From positions 128,538-192,537 of IMG/VR virus record IMGVR_UViG_3300025133_000022: a stretch of 64,000 nucleotides of DNA; one strand, written 5' to 3'. How positions within the stretch are numbered: position 1 is the stretch's first letter; every line of letters starts with the position of its first letter. Below are positions 40,701 to 49,298 of this stretch, in pieces. Source of the stretch: a virus. Made by a program: the position numbers and the translations under genes. Below the pieces are notes generated by a model that was not told where the DNA came from, did not search any database, and saw only the letters and a list, made by a program, of their open reading frames with translations.

Positions 40701-41796
40701 ACCCGACACCGGCGCTTACCGCCCCACTAGCAAGAATTTGCCCAGGCATTCCATATTGTCTTCGTACCCAATCTGCTTGGCTTGCCGCAAGTACAGTACT
40801 TCCAGCAAGTGCAGCCCTGCCTCCAAAACGCATAAACATTGAGGAAGCTGGACCTGGACGAACGCCAGGAGATACACCCAAAATACTTTTGAATGCCTTT
40901 CCACCAGACTCACCAAGGAACTGATCTGCCACACCTGAGACAAGACGATTAAATCTACCCATTTCAAATGCAGCCACACCTCGAATCATCGTAGTACGTC
41001 GAGCCAAATCACTTAAGTCTTTAAGGTCTCCAACCGAACTAGGAACTGGCATGAAGCTAGCTTGTTTTCTAACCCACTTTCCAGCAGCATCTTGCTTTGA
41101 GCCGAGAAGTACTTCTTTTTCATTGAAAGCATCATCAGCATACATATCTGCAGCAGCAAACATGCCAGTAGCAATTCTATTGACACCGCGCTCTTTAGTG
41201 AGTGGGTTGACAACTTCATGACTCATAGCCTGCAAAGATATGCTGTCACTTAATAATTTTCTATTGCCTCCAAGCCAATGCCCAGTACTTTCGTCTAGTC
41301 TTCCACCTAGCACGCTGTACAAGTTCCCACTGGAGCCACGTGGCTCAAACACCATGGCGTCAGCCAAGTGCTGAGAAGCTCCAAGCATGCCTTCAGTGAT
41401 TCCAGCTGCTGTCATGCCGGCACGATCAAGCCCAGTGGCGTACTTAAGCCAATTGTAAGTACTACTAGACTCAAGAGCTTCACGTCCCCAGACAGTAACG
41501 CCTTCCGTGCTGCCAGAACCAACCTTATACCCCATGGATGTAAATGGACTTAAGATCTCAGGAACACGAAAAGTATTTAAAATTTGGAACGGGCTCAGAT
41601 TCCCGCTAAGCCGAGAACGAGCCGCAATGTAGTCAATTGGACGCCGGCCATTCGACATAGGCTTAGTAGCTGCATACATAGCACCCGCACCAGCTGCAAC
41701 CGCAACCGCAAGCTTTGTCATCTGACTGCCAGCACTATTGTAAGGTTCTGTGGAGTCACCATTCCAGGTGACCCCACCATAAGACTTAAGGGCCAT
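37696..41796 (-). CDS. Tape measure/ejection protein candidate, 1366 aa
   Basis: First large gene after the tail chaperones; Ala/Gly-rich with several hydrophobic helices (about 39845-40820) and Trp/Tyr-studded helical segments. Confidence 0.6.
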   Translation of the reverse strand: MALKSYGGVTWNGDSTEPYNSAGSQMTKLAVAVAAGAGAMYAATKPMSNGRRPIDYIAARSRLSGNLSPFQILNTFRVPEILSPFTSMGYKVGSGSTEGVTVWGREALESSSTYNWLKYATGLDRAGMTAAGITEGMLGASQHLADAMVFEPRGSSGNLYSVLGGRLDESTGHWLGGNRKLLSDSISLQAMSHEVVNPLTKERGVNRIATGMFAAADMYADDAFNEKEVLLGSKQDAAGKWVRKQASFMPVPSSVGDLKDLSDLARRTTMIRGVAAFEMGRFNRLVSGVADQFLGESGGKAFKSILGVSPGVRPGPASSMFMRFGGRAALAGSTVLAASQADWVRRQYGMPGQILASGAVSAGVGYAVGKMAKQPRTAMFAAAASFFGQMILPGFDQGVMQGVATGAVSMDVARANALNPFNYLRRTLEGFAPGSTDWETGALLATGGIMATSVSLPGRNMSLAQTMLESAGPRRLKLDLQADKVRQVQLANSNVRDLYYKNVSGLANNLPHEGFRQRRDLMKHLRTSVYDNKRLEMMQDLNTAFYRAEEQLDTYRQGNPMNEALERRLRDISAKYGDTPNLVARLKKEAKGFGTQAYYSFFGADVGADKALRRRIGDMGFSSAGRLGKWASVGAAIFGTHQLLTGGLLGSKETADDLRDIYSGRKMVAVKSSRWWEAGGTPFEGGETDYYRPHQYSLMMNRVREKGVWGADEDKISPLGKWIRQNFTYELETQQYWDRPYPISNAAFSDVPIIGGVLSSTIGRLIKPARVMHAGEWIRPGQDGGLEYGNVYKGSRFEPATALGAHHGVPTSPYSATNQLSFLSYQFRELEGMTGWAKNVIQQGLTGDDVWAADSQQLADASLMTSSRVRFWEMNMGGALFSNEFLRRVFPRMRSEIDRRNPLANNMPSWLPDKFKWGDPYRSIEWGEGRLPGAGYAGLHPELRGVDPEAYPALFRFAILSDVAPLSQEYTLYKQAVYKQRMEGAYNEKQIAFMEAVDRNHSEQVSGFSDDRLHKNAIRLPGSGLTRAAWAAGQRAARRVTAPGEYLVPMGFRPVQKLMSDRDAIEQYEYERLYGTPMAFWDKPWRDWFRPAMNSTLNMMGWEGKPLWRHKADSANEYFDKLEFLKWARLREQAELSGDSRAAAQYRWAQANTRAGVNPQGSSLSMYWTLPDSERKFFNAFAHASGKDRHRIMEMVPADQQHLYKAIWSRMDSGDENLWAGADNAISDSHLAAQEARVAGSLEGPMPSEDWVGWHEDVDMSDIQVRYVDRMGAELSDYGLWEKQLKKSMQQPMLDGSTDFLQQNKPGVPIGSAMSRGLTQMTGTAGSRGSWHVAPWKGMMSTVQVDYNDNRAIDIGTAMERYLSGY

Positions 41797-42524
41797 TAGC
41801 GCCGCCTGTGTGGTCTTCTATTTGATTTGGCCTCGCTATCCATACTTTTCTGAATTTGTCTTAATTGAATATCTTTCAACTTCTTAGTTTGACGAGACTT
41901 CTTTTCCAACTCTGCGGGATGCATATCTAGCGCATGCTTTCTATCACCAAATTCATCTCGAAGTTCCATATTCTCGCGCTTCATCGCATCCACACTAGTA
42001 GACTTCTTCGTTTGAGCTGCTGCTTCTTCTGCGCTCATAATCTTACTGGTGTCAAGAGGTTGATACTCTCCTCTGTTTTGAAGGACAGCTTCAGCCTCTA
42101 CAAAGGTTCTCATTAGCTTTCTACGTGTCCAGCGCTCCAGTTCGTCAGGCTTGTAAGAAAAAGCCATAAGAACTACACGTTTAACAACCTCAAGAACCCC
42201 TGACTGATTGTATTGCGACCTAGCTGCCTCGATTTCATCACGCTCCTCTCCAGAACAATCTCCTGACAAGTACATAATCAAACGACCAATACTCATAAAG
42301 ATACCTGCAGGAAGATTGCCATTGATGGCACGAGAATCACCTACATAGCAACGGTCAAACACCTTGTCCCACAATTGATACTCATGCCATACACCTTGGT
42401 CGCGAAGCGTGCTGAACACTCGGTATTCTTTCATCGTGAGTAAACGCCACGTGAATGACTGTCCCTCTGGAAGGGACGTCATGTACATGTCATCGCTGTC
42501 AACAAGAAGGTCAATGTCCAGCAT
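41796..42524 (-). CDS. Tail assembly chaperone-like protein 2, 242 aa
   Basis: Between tube genes and tape measure; FTWRLLTMKEY pattern; own AAGGAGG RBS. Confidence 0.6.
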   Translation of the reverse strand: MLDIDLLVDSDDMYMTSLPEGQSFTWRLLTMKEYRVFSTLRDQGVWHEYQLWDKVFDRCYVGDSRAINGNLPAGIFMSIGRLIMYLSGDCSGEERDEIEAARSQYNQSGVLEVVKRVVLMAFSYKPDELERWTRRKLMRTFVEAEAVLQNRGEYQPLDTSKIMSAEEAAAQTKKSTSVDAMKRENMELRDEFGDRKHALDMHPAELEKKSRQTKKLKDIQLRQIQKSMDSEAKSNRRPHRRR

Positions 42525-42533
42525 ACAACCTCC

Positions 42534-43265
42534 TTAGAGCTGAGCAGTAATTACCATAGCTTGTTGTGGGGTGAGATGATAGCTGTGCAACATGACACTA
42601 CCGTAAAGAGTTGGGATCACACCACTGCGACTATTATAAAAGAATTCAATTTTCAGTTTGGGCCACAGTATGCATTGTTTGAGCACCTGCTCCATCATAA
42701 ATTCTTCAGGATCTTTGTTCATGCCCTCTAGCTGTGCTTGCTTTGCCATAGCTTGTTGGATTTTCTGGAATGCAGCACGACGGAGATAGGTGAAAACATA
42801 AACATCACCACGACCCAGAGCCACAACTTGTACTCCATCCTGACCAAAGTCTCGTTTCCATCGAGCAATAGCAGCTTCAGATGGGGCACCCTTCTGATCA
42901 AAAAGCATTTGCCGAACATGATCTTCAATAGCTATTTCTTCAGCAGGCGGGTCTTGTTCAGGAGCACGCTCAGCTTCTTGAGCAGCACGTTCAGCGGCAG
43001 CTGCACGCTGAATTGCAAGTTTCTCATCCATCTCTCTGTTAATACGATCGATTTCGTCTTCCACTTCTTGCTCCTCCATCTCGGTTCTTTCAGGAACCTC
43101 GCCTGCAAGCTTAATGCCCTTGGCTTCGGCTTGCTCAACGATTTCTTCGTTAAGGTCATCTATGTTTGCCAGAATCTGATCTGGAGTTGGTCCTGCTGTC
43201 TTTAAGCGACTAATCGCTCTAGCGTCTAGAGAAGGGGGATTTCCCCTAATGCGTCTACCTGCCAT
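42534..43265 (-). CDS. Tail assembly chaperone-like protein 1, 243 aa
   Basis: Acidic coiled-coil N-half; C-half IARWKRDFG..VYVFTYLRRAAF..EQVLKQCILWP; position after the tube genes. Confidence 0.6.
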   Translation of the reverse strand: MAGRRIRGNPPSLDARAISRLKTAGPTPDQILANIDDLNEEIVEQAEAKGIKLAGEVPERTEMEEQEVEDEIDRINREMDEKLAIQRAAAAERAAQEAERAPEQDPPAEEIAIEDHVRQMLFDQKGAPSEAAIARWKRDFGQDGVQVVALGRGDVYVFTYLRRAAFQKIQQAMAKQAQLEGMNKDPEEFMMEQVLKQCILWPKLKIEFFYNSRSGVIPTLYGSVMLHSYHLTPQQAMVITAQL

Positions 43266-43277
43266 ATTGTTTGCTCC

Positions 43278-43946
43278 TTAAAAGCTAATTGGTGAATTTG
43301 GGTCCTCGGGGTCAACGGGAAGACCCGAAGGACGGTTTCTAAGCGAGAATACATCTCGCGCAAAGAAGTCGTAAGCTTCTACGACAACATCTTCGTCAAT
43401 TCTAATCGCCTTTGACCTTCCTGTGAAGTGCACATCTACAAGAAGTACTGCAGTTTTACCCGCAGGACGCCCTGCGCTTTGCTGACCAAAAGCAATAGTT
43501 AAATCTACACCACCTGAAATATCAAATGGATTATGTGAATTAACAATCGGACTGAAAGTATTTTGTGTAAGTCCTGAGTTCCAATATTGAGATTTCATAC
43601 TCTCTACGAATGCTTGAGACTGTGCATAGTCACTCACCATTCCGGTTAAATCTGCACCAACTCCTGAAACGGGATCAGAGGCAACATCATCTGCTGCAGA
43701 ACCGCCAGTGCTCAATTCAATAGCTCTGAAAAGGTAATCTTGATGAACGTAATTAACCAGAAGGGTTCCAGATACAATTACCTGACCAGCAGCTACAGCA
43801 TCGTAATGCCTACTGCTGTAGCCATAGATTGGCATCTTGCTATCTCTTGCTTCGTAGCTAATACCAGCAGCTTCTAAAATTGGCATACTATTAACAGAAA
43901 CAATAACATTTGCTCCACAAAAATATTCAAAACCAAATGCTGCCAT
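43278..43946 (-). CDS. Tail tube-like protein 3 (probable tube initiator/baseplate-proximal), 222 aa
   Basis: EYFCGANV, GISYEARDSKMPIYGYSSRHYDAVAAGQVIVSGTL and EAYDFFARD parallel the major tube motifs. Confidence 0.7.
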   Translation of the reverse strand: MAAFGFEYFCGANVIVSVNSMPILEAAGISYEARDSKMPIYGYSSRHYDAVAAGQVIVSGTLLVNYVHQDYLFRAIELSTGGSAADDVASDPVSGVGADLTGMVSDYAQSQAFVESMKSQYWNSGLTQNTFSPIVNSHNPFDISGGVDLTIAFGQQSAGRPAGKTAVLLVDVHFTGRSKAIRIDEDVVVEAYDFFARDVFSLRNRPSGLPVDPEDPNSPISF

Positions 43947-44737
43947 CAGAATCCTCTCCCAGTGCCAGAATTAATTTGCGCTTGTGACGCTGGCACCCAA
44001 GCGTCACCAGCCTGAACGTGAAATCGATCTTCTTTGGGAATTAAAGCTTCATAAAGCTTCCTTTCTGATCGAAGATTGTCAAGGTAGGCCATCTCCTCTG
44101 CAGAAATGCCTCGATTTGTATATAAGCTGAAAGGCTTAAAATCACAAGCGATAAAACTGAAAGTCATTTCAGTCACAATATCATTAACACTAGTGACTTG
44201 ACCTTCATCAATAAATTCCACACCTTGAAGCATCCATCCTGCACCATCAGGAGTTTCCCCTTTGCTCTCATCATACAAAGGAGATACCTCACTAACATAC
44301 TGAATGGCTAAATTAAAAGGCCGAAGAAGAACGGCAAGACGATTTGTATAATCATAGTTGTTAAGGAAGCTACCAGTGCCAACCATATGTCGATCAATAG
44401 ACCAGCCAAGTGGGTCTTGAGTTCCGTATATCGACGCATAAGCATTCATCAACTCTCGAAGAGGGTGATCGTTTATAACTGTCATAATAATACTTCCAGC
44501 AATAGTGCGAACGCCACGCGCAAGACCTTTTATGCCTCTGTGCCCAAGAGCTCTTACCTGACCTTTGGCTTCATGAACAGAAACACTTACAGTGTGCACA
44601 GATTGAAGATGAATCAACTCTTCGGGTGCGTCAGGGAACCAAGCAAACGTATCTGCATCTGCACCAGAGTAACTGTACAGATATTTACTGTTCCGTCCTG
44701 GAGGATTGTAGCTAGGCAATGGACTAGAAAGGGACAT
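43946..44737 (-). CDS. Tail tube-like protein 2, 263 aa
   Basis: YSYSGADA, TVSVSVHEAKGQVRALG...LARGVRTIAGSII and TEMTFSFIACD parallel the major tube motifs. Confidence 0.7.
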   Translation of the reverse strand: MSLSSPLPSYNPPGRNSKYLYSYSGADADTFAWFPDAPEELIHLQSVHTVSVSVHEAKGQVRALGHRGIKGLARGVRTIAGSIIMTVINDHPLRELMNAYASIYGTQDPLGWSIDRHMVGTGSFLNNYDYTNRLAVLLRPFNLAIQYVSEVSPLYDESKGETPDGAGWMLQGVEFIDEGQVTSVNDIVTEMTFSFIACDFKPFSLYTNRGISAEEMAYLDNLRSERKLYEALIPKEDRFHVQAGDAWVPASQAQINSGTGRGF

Positions 44738-44751
44738 ATAGTGATCTCCTT

Positions 44752-44792
44752 AAAAAGAAAGTGGCCAGGCCTCCCCGATGAGACCTGACCAC
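44752..44792 (-). terminator. Intrinsic (rho-independent) terminator after the major tail tube gene
   Basis: Minus-strand RNA GUGGUCAGGUCUC-AUCGGG-GAGGCCUGGCCAC (13-bp stem with two G-U pairs) followed by UUUCUUUUU, then AAGGAG of the next gene. Confidence 0.8.
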
Positions 44793-44794
44793 AG

Positions 44795-44814
44795 TATAGC
44801 AGGTAGGTGCTATA
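44795..44814 (-). other. Second small hairpin just upstream of the tube terminator
   Basis: TATAGCA-CCTACC-TGCTATA on the minus strand: perfect 7-bp stem, 6-nt loop. Confidence 0.55.
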
Positions 44815-44822
44815 TTGAGCTA

Positions 44823-45497
44823 TCAAGTACCATCGGCACTTGAGAAAGCATTACTAAGGTGACCGTCAGAACCAATGTCCCAGCTGCCCATTCTCTGCCA
44901 AGGCAGAATAGTACGACAGACATAAGTCATTTGGTTCTCGATTACCATATCATCAATACTGAAACCGGAACCTTCGTTCAGAATCTCAACGCCATAAATG
45001 CGCATTTGAGCAGCATTTCCATACTCGTTTGCTGCCACAATCACCACATCGAATGGAGGTAGTTGATCAACATACCAGGCTTGATTAGCCGTGTATGAAG
45101 CAGAAACATCACTTGCGCTAAACGCAGTGGAGTCTAGTTCGTCAAGATTTAAATCAGTGATATTGTCATTCAAAGCGCCGCCATTGGCGACGTTGCTAAC
45201 GCTTGGGTAGATCTCATCATTATCTAGAATGACGCGCATAGCCGAAAACGGTCCATCCGTATCAAAAAGAATATGTTGGTCTAGCATGAGGGTGATTATG
45301 GTACCTGCGATACCGCGCTTGCCACGGGAAAACGAGAGAGGGTCAACTCGGCCCATCACGTAGATGGGCGCCTTCTCACGCTGAACAGCGTAAGAAATTG
45401 CCTGAAGCTGACCTATCGACACGCCTCCGATAACTGCACGGATATCCACTCCAGAAAAACTGGTGTAGGTACGACTAAGCTCTAGTGATGTAGCCAT
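44823..45497 (-). CDS. Major tail tube protein, 224 aa
   Basis: Follows the sheath; YTSFSGVDI, GQLQAISYAVQREKAPIYVMG..SFSRGKRGIAGTI, YGVEILNEGSGFSIDD; AGGAG RBS; followed by a terminator. Confidence 0.85.
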   Translation of the reverse strand: MATSLELSRTYTSFSGVDIRAVIGGVSIGQLQAISYAVQREKAPIYVMGRVDPLSFSRGKRGIAGTIITLMLDQHILFDTDGPFSAMRVILDNDEIYPSVSNVANGGALNDNITDLNLDELDSTAFSASDVSASYTANQAWYVDQLPPFDVVIVAANEYGNAAQMRIYGVEILNEGSGFSIDDMVIENQMTYVCRTILPWQRMGSWDIGSDGHLSNAFSSADGT

Positions 45498-45516
45498 TAT
45501 TGTCTCCTAATTGGAA

Positions 45517-47904
45517 TCAGAGTTCGCTCTCATCCGCCGCGAGAGAAGTCTCTACGGTAATGGATTCGATGCTGAACGGTGGAACCATGCGCAGCTTGAT
45601 AGTCAAGCGACCCATAATTCTATCTTCTCTGGTGTACTCAATCCTACTGGTAGCACCTTGATGCATGCCAGCTGTACGTTCCGAAACAATAAACCCATCA
45701 ATCGCCGCCTGAAGAGAAGCAAGATTTTGCGCACTGAATGCCTTGCCAATATAAGGCCTTGCAAGCGCACGAATGCCAGTAAGCATTCGGTTTACAGATC
45801 GAATAGTACTAAGACGAGTATAGTCAGAGTCTGGATGAGCAACGTTCTTCGCAGTAGTGAAGATCAGAGTCCCAGAAGTATCACGACGAATGCCAATGAT
45901 ACGTACTTGTGCCAGATCATTAATCTGGGTGCTGTGAACACGAGTAGGTTTCTGAACTTTTACAACCGTACCGTTCAAGCCAATTGGCTCTTCGTTTTCC
46001 GGCATGCCAGCAACTTTACCCAAAAAGGTAGCTGCGACAGAACCACGGTAAGAAGTTCCACCATCATATCCGTTAGTCAAAATAGGCCAGTCGTAAGTAA
46101 CAAAGAGGTGACGACCGATATCAACTACCGCTCCACCACTATCTTCGCGCTCATCAGCATCATTGATGCCATATGGCCAGTCGTTGCCATTCGGAAGGCT
46201 CGCGCCTTCAGTAAGGATGAAACCACCATATGCGTAACCGTCAGTAGTGTTGCCATTGTCTACCTGACCAGAACGATAACCATCACTAGTTACGCTCTCG
46301 CCAGAAATTAGGCGATGACCTAAAACACCAGAACCATTCTCTGAAGGGCTGTCAATGTAGACATCTGTGCCGTCATCAGTAAATTCAGGAAGAACGCCAA
46401 TCCAGTTCGCAATCTTTGCACGGGAATAGCCACTTGATGGCTCCTTAAAAGAAATTGCGCTGATGATTTGTGCCCAGTTGGTGCTAGCCACATGACAGAA
46501 AGTTGCAAGCTGATGTCCAAAGTTATCTTCACGAAGTTCAGAATCTTCACCTGCGGTAAATGCGGTGCTAACTGCAGTTGGAATACTGTCACCAGTAAGG
46601 TCCGCATGAGTCAAAATCGCACCACCTGTGCCACTAGCAAGATTGGCCTTTGCAACAGTAACGATCGCAGTAGCTGCATCACCACCAGAAGCTAAAAGCA
46701 GTGTGCTTGCAAGCACACCAGAACGAAGAGTTTTCAGTGCTAGCGCTGCATTGATTTGAATGACTGCTTCATCAGTAAACTCAGTACCATCATCGGTAAC
46801 AAGAATATCAATTCCAAAGTCAGTCTCAGTAATTGTGACGGTCGGCCCAGCCGAACCAGTAGCATCAATCTCAACAGTTACACCATTGCCACCCTTGCCA
46901 GTCTTAAGAGCAGTAACGACAAGATCGGTATTCAGGGTTAAAGTTGCCGCAACTGGTGTTGCTGTAACACCAGTGAAGTAATCTTCACAATCAGACATGT
47001 AGGTGTAGATGCTGCCTTTGTGGCGCAATTGCCAAACATAACCAAGTGCATCTTCAGCAGATCCTGCCTCGGGAATACCTTTCCAGTAGTAACCATACTT
47101 TTCAGCATCAGTACTACCAGTGCCCGCATAGGTTTTGTTAGTGTCATCACGAATATTATCATCGTCAACGAATACGTCAGTAGGAATAATCATATCCCCA
47201 TCGCGATAATCAAGAAGATGATAAGTGCTAGAAAGAGCAGCATAGCGTTCAGCGCGACTAACGGTCTGACCATCAGTGCCTTCAGTTGCAACAGCAGTGC
47301 TTGCAGTGGCAGTTCCGTCTTCAGACAGATCACCATCAGTGATTAAGCCGGCAAGATCAGCAGTTTCAACAGAGTCAAGTGTGCTAGCGTTTGTAAGATC
47401 ATCCTTGTCAAACAAAGTGAATAGATCGATACCAGAATCTTCAACAGTAACAACACCCTCATCAAGGACAAGGATTTCGCTAGAGTCATAGACCCAAGCT
47501 TCATCAGTTGAATCGTAAACCATATATCGATTGTTAGAACTGTCATTCTCAATGAACAGCTTATAGCGACCAAGAATATCGTCATCACGATATTCAGGTG
47601 TAATGGTCAGCGTGGCAGAATTGGAATCAGTAAAGACCCAAACTCCTTGCTGTCCACCACTGCGAATAATAGCCAGGTTGTCAGCGCCCTGGGCAACAGC
47701 CTCGTGTACAAACTTCAGAACTTCAGTACTAGTACCAAATTCTGCTTCTGCAAGAGCTACATTGGTAATAGTAAATACTTCGTTGGTGAGACCAGACTCG
47801 GCTGGACCAACAACTAAAATTCTGGGCTGCGAAGATGCATTCGGAATCTTGAACGCACCGTCGAGGTATGTCGCCTTGACGCCAGGAATACTCTCGTAAG
47901 GCAT
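45517..47904 (-). CDS. Contractile tail sheath protein, 795 aa
   Basis: N-terminal IPGVKATYLDG; C-terminal YTRLSTIRSVNRMLTGIRALARPYIG..IKLRMVPPFSIESITV sheath signature; AGGAGG RBS. Confidence 0.9.
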   Translation of the reverse strand: MPYESIPGVKATYLDGAFKIPNASSQPRILVVGPAESGLTNEVFTITNVALAEAEFGTSTEVLKFVHEAVAQGADNLAIIRSGGQQGVWVFTDSNSATLTITPEYRDDDILGRYKLFIENDSSNNRYMVYDSTDEAWVYDSSEILVLDEGVVTVEDSGIDLFTLFDKDDLTNASTLDSVETADLAGLITDGDLSEDGTATASTAVATEGTDGQTVSRAERYAALSSTYHLLDYRDGDMIIPTDVFVDDDNIRDDTNKTYAGTGSTDAEKYGYYWKGIPEAGSAEDALGYVWQLRHKGSIYTYMSDCEDYFTGVTATPVAATLTLNTDLVVTALKTGKGGNGVTVEIDATGSAGPTVTITETDFGIDILVTDDGTEFTDEAVIQINAALALKTLRSGVLASTLLLASGGDAATAIVTVAKANLASGTGGAILTHADLTGDSIPTAVSTAFTAGEDSELREDNFGHQLATFCHVASTNWAQIISAISFKEPSSGYSRAKIANWIGVLPEFTDDGTDVYIDSPSENGSGVLGHRLISGESVTSDGYRSGQVDNGNTTDGYAYGGFILTEGASLPNGNDWPYGINDADEREDSGGAVVDIGRHLFVTYDWPILTNGYDGGTSYRGSVAATFLGKVAGMPENEEPIGLNGTVVKVQKPTRVHSTQINDLAQVRIIGIRRDTSGTLIFTTAKNVAHPDSDYTRLSTIRSVNRMLTGIRALARPYIGKAFSAQNLASLQAAIDGFIVSERTAGMHQGATSRIEYTREDRIMGRLTIKLRMVPPFSIESITVETSLAADESEL

Positions 47905-47925
47905 TGGAAAACCTCCTGTTAGGGT

Positions 47926-48702
47926 TTAGTAGTTATTCAATTGGCTGGAAGATACACTTCCAGCATTAAGGGTAATGTGTTTAATCACAGATTCTGCCTT
48001 TACTCTGAACTCGTAAGTTCTGACAAAGACTCTAATTGGTCGAACATAAAGATGCTGTCCACTCGGGTTAGTGTACCAGTCAGACATGCGTTCTTGAAAG
48101 CGGAAACGGTCGGTTCCCTGCGCCAAAAAAGCCCAACTGTGGTTTACAAAAAGCCTTTCCAGCCAGATGGCTCTGCGATTTGCAAGCCGTGCACTCTTAG
48201 ACCAGCATTGAAATTCAACAACATGATCAAGAGGGCGTGACTCTACTTCTAAAAATTTATTTGGATGTTTTGGAGAGCGGATCTGGTAGTAGTGAGTAAA
48301 ACCTTGCTGTTGTCGACCAGTAGCCTTAGCATTCATGGAACCTGGTTTTCGACTAATCAACTTCCAAGCAACGACCTCTTCACCAAATCTATCTATTCTC
48401 TCAGCTGGATAGTCTTCGATAAGAGCGACTTGCTGAGTAGATATAACACCTTCTCTATGCTGTGCGTCTTCAATTAGTTCTGCGGCAATTCTAATGAATT
48501 TATCTAAATCCATTAGAGAGTTGTTAGGCAGGAACCTGCGCACATCAAAGCCAAACGGGTTGTCAAGCTTGGTGGGAGTTTCGTAACCATCAGGATCGCT
48601 AGATCCATAATCCAATGACACAACGGTACTGAACCCACTCTCTTCCAAAAGAGCAGAACTCACTTCTTCTACGATTCTACTGGTAGTGCTACTAAGGCTC
48701 AT
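47926..48702 (-). CDS. Tail terminator/completion-like protein, 258 aa
   Basis: Directly upstream of the sheath; DHVVEFQCWSKSARLANRRAIWLE pattern; synteny. Confidence 0.6.
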   Translation of the reverse strand: MSLSSTTSRIVEEVSSALLEESGFSTVVSLDYGSSDPDGYETPTKLDNPFGFDVRRFLPNNSLMDLDKFIRIAAELIEDAQHREGVISTQQVALIEDYPAERIDRFGEEVVAWKLISRKPGSMNAKATGRQQQGFTHYYQIRSPKHPNKFLEVESRPLDHVVEFQCWSKSARLANRRAIWLERLFVNHSWAFLAQGTDRFRFQERMSDWYTNPSGQHLYVRPIRVFVRTYEFRVKAESVIKHITLNAGSVSSSQLNNY

Positions 48703-49298
48703 TGTGGGTTGTCCGTTCTGATCGCATCGGCTTCTTTACAAAAAGCAGCAATAAACTCTACGCGACCATTATCAGATCGACGCTTAGCAAGCGTTTGCGG
48801 TTTGTAAATTGCTTCTCGAACATATGGTAGCTCAACCTCACCTTCTGTATCAAGTACAACTTCTACAATCTTGTCTCCATACTGTATGTTTGTGTCATAC
48901 CGAAAGAAAAAGATTTTGTAATCTGTTCTCATCTCACCTGGCGGCATGCGGAGAAATCTTTTTACAAATCCTCCATCAGAGCCAGCGTACATCCAGAAGG
49001 CCCAAGCCCAGCTTTCATCCCAAAGATAGCCTTCACCATAACAGTAGCTGCAATCAGGGTCAGCTTCAACAGTTGTTTGATTGTCAGAACATTTGCAGCG
49101 AGTTGGATATCCATCGCTATTTCGGCGCATATTGCGAATAAGTAAAAGATTCCCATGACGTGGGCCACCATCCTCCCCATAGAGGATGGCATCCATCTCT
49201 TCTCGAAGGTCAACCTCAGTACCAAGAGTGCTGAGGCTATGCACTGAACGCACAGTAGTGTTTCTGGTGTTACCAAACATTGAAGGTCGTCTACTCAT
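48699..49298 (-). CDS. Head-closure/neck protein with Zn-ribbon-like Cys motif, 199 aa
   Basis: RCKC...PDCSYCYGEGYLW; position between adaptor and terminator. Confidence 0.6.
   Translation of the reverse strand: MSRRPSMFGNTRNTTVRSVHSLSTLGTEVDLREEMDAILYGEDGGPRHGNLLLIRNMRRNSDGYPTRCKCSDNQTTVEADPDCSYCYGEGYLWDESWAWAFWMYAGSDGGFVKRFLRMPPGEMRTDYKIFFFRYDTNIQYGDKIVEVVLDTEGEVELPYVREAIYKPQTLAKRRSDNGRVEFIAAFCKEADAIRTDNPQ

Noticed and set aside
42500-42600. Lambda G/GT-type programmed frameshift between the two chaperone genes
   Set aside because: No X XXY YYZ slippery site near the first gene's end (GCT CAG CTC TAA), and the second gene has its own AAGGAGG RBS and ATG.
45511-46311. 266-aa plus-strand ORF
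   Set aside because: Entirely antisense to the well-supported sheath gene, non-ATG start, no recognisable motif; best explained as a codon-bias shadow.
21122-47904. Tailocin or extracellular contractile injection system rather than phage
   Set aside because: Terminase, portal, protease and major capsid genes are in the same operon.
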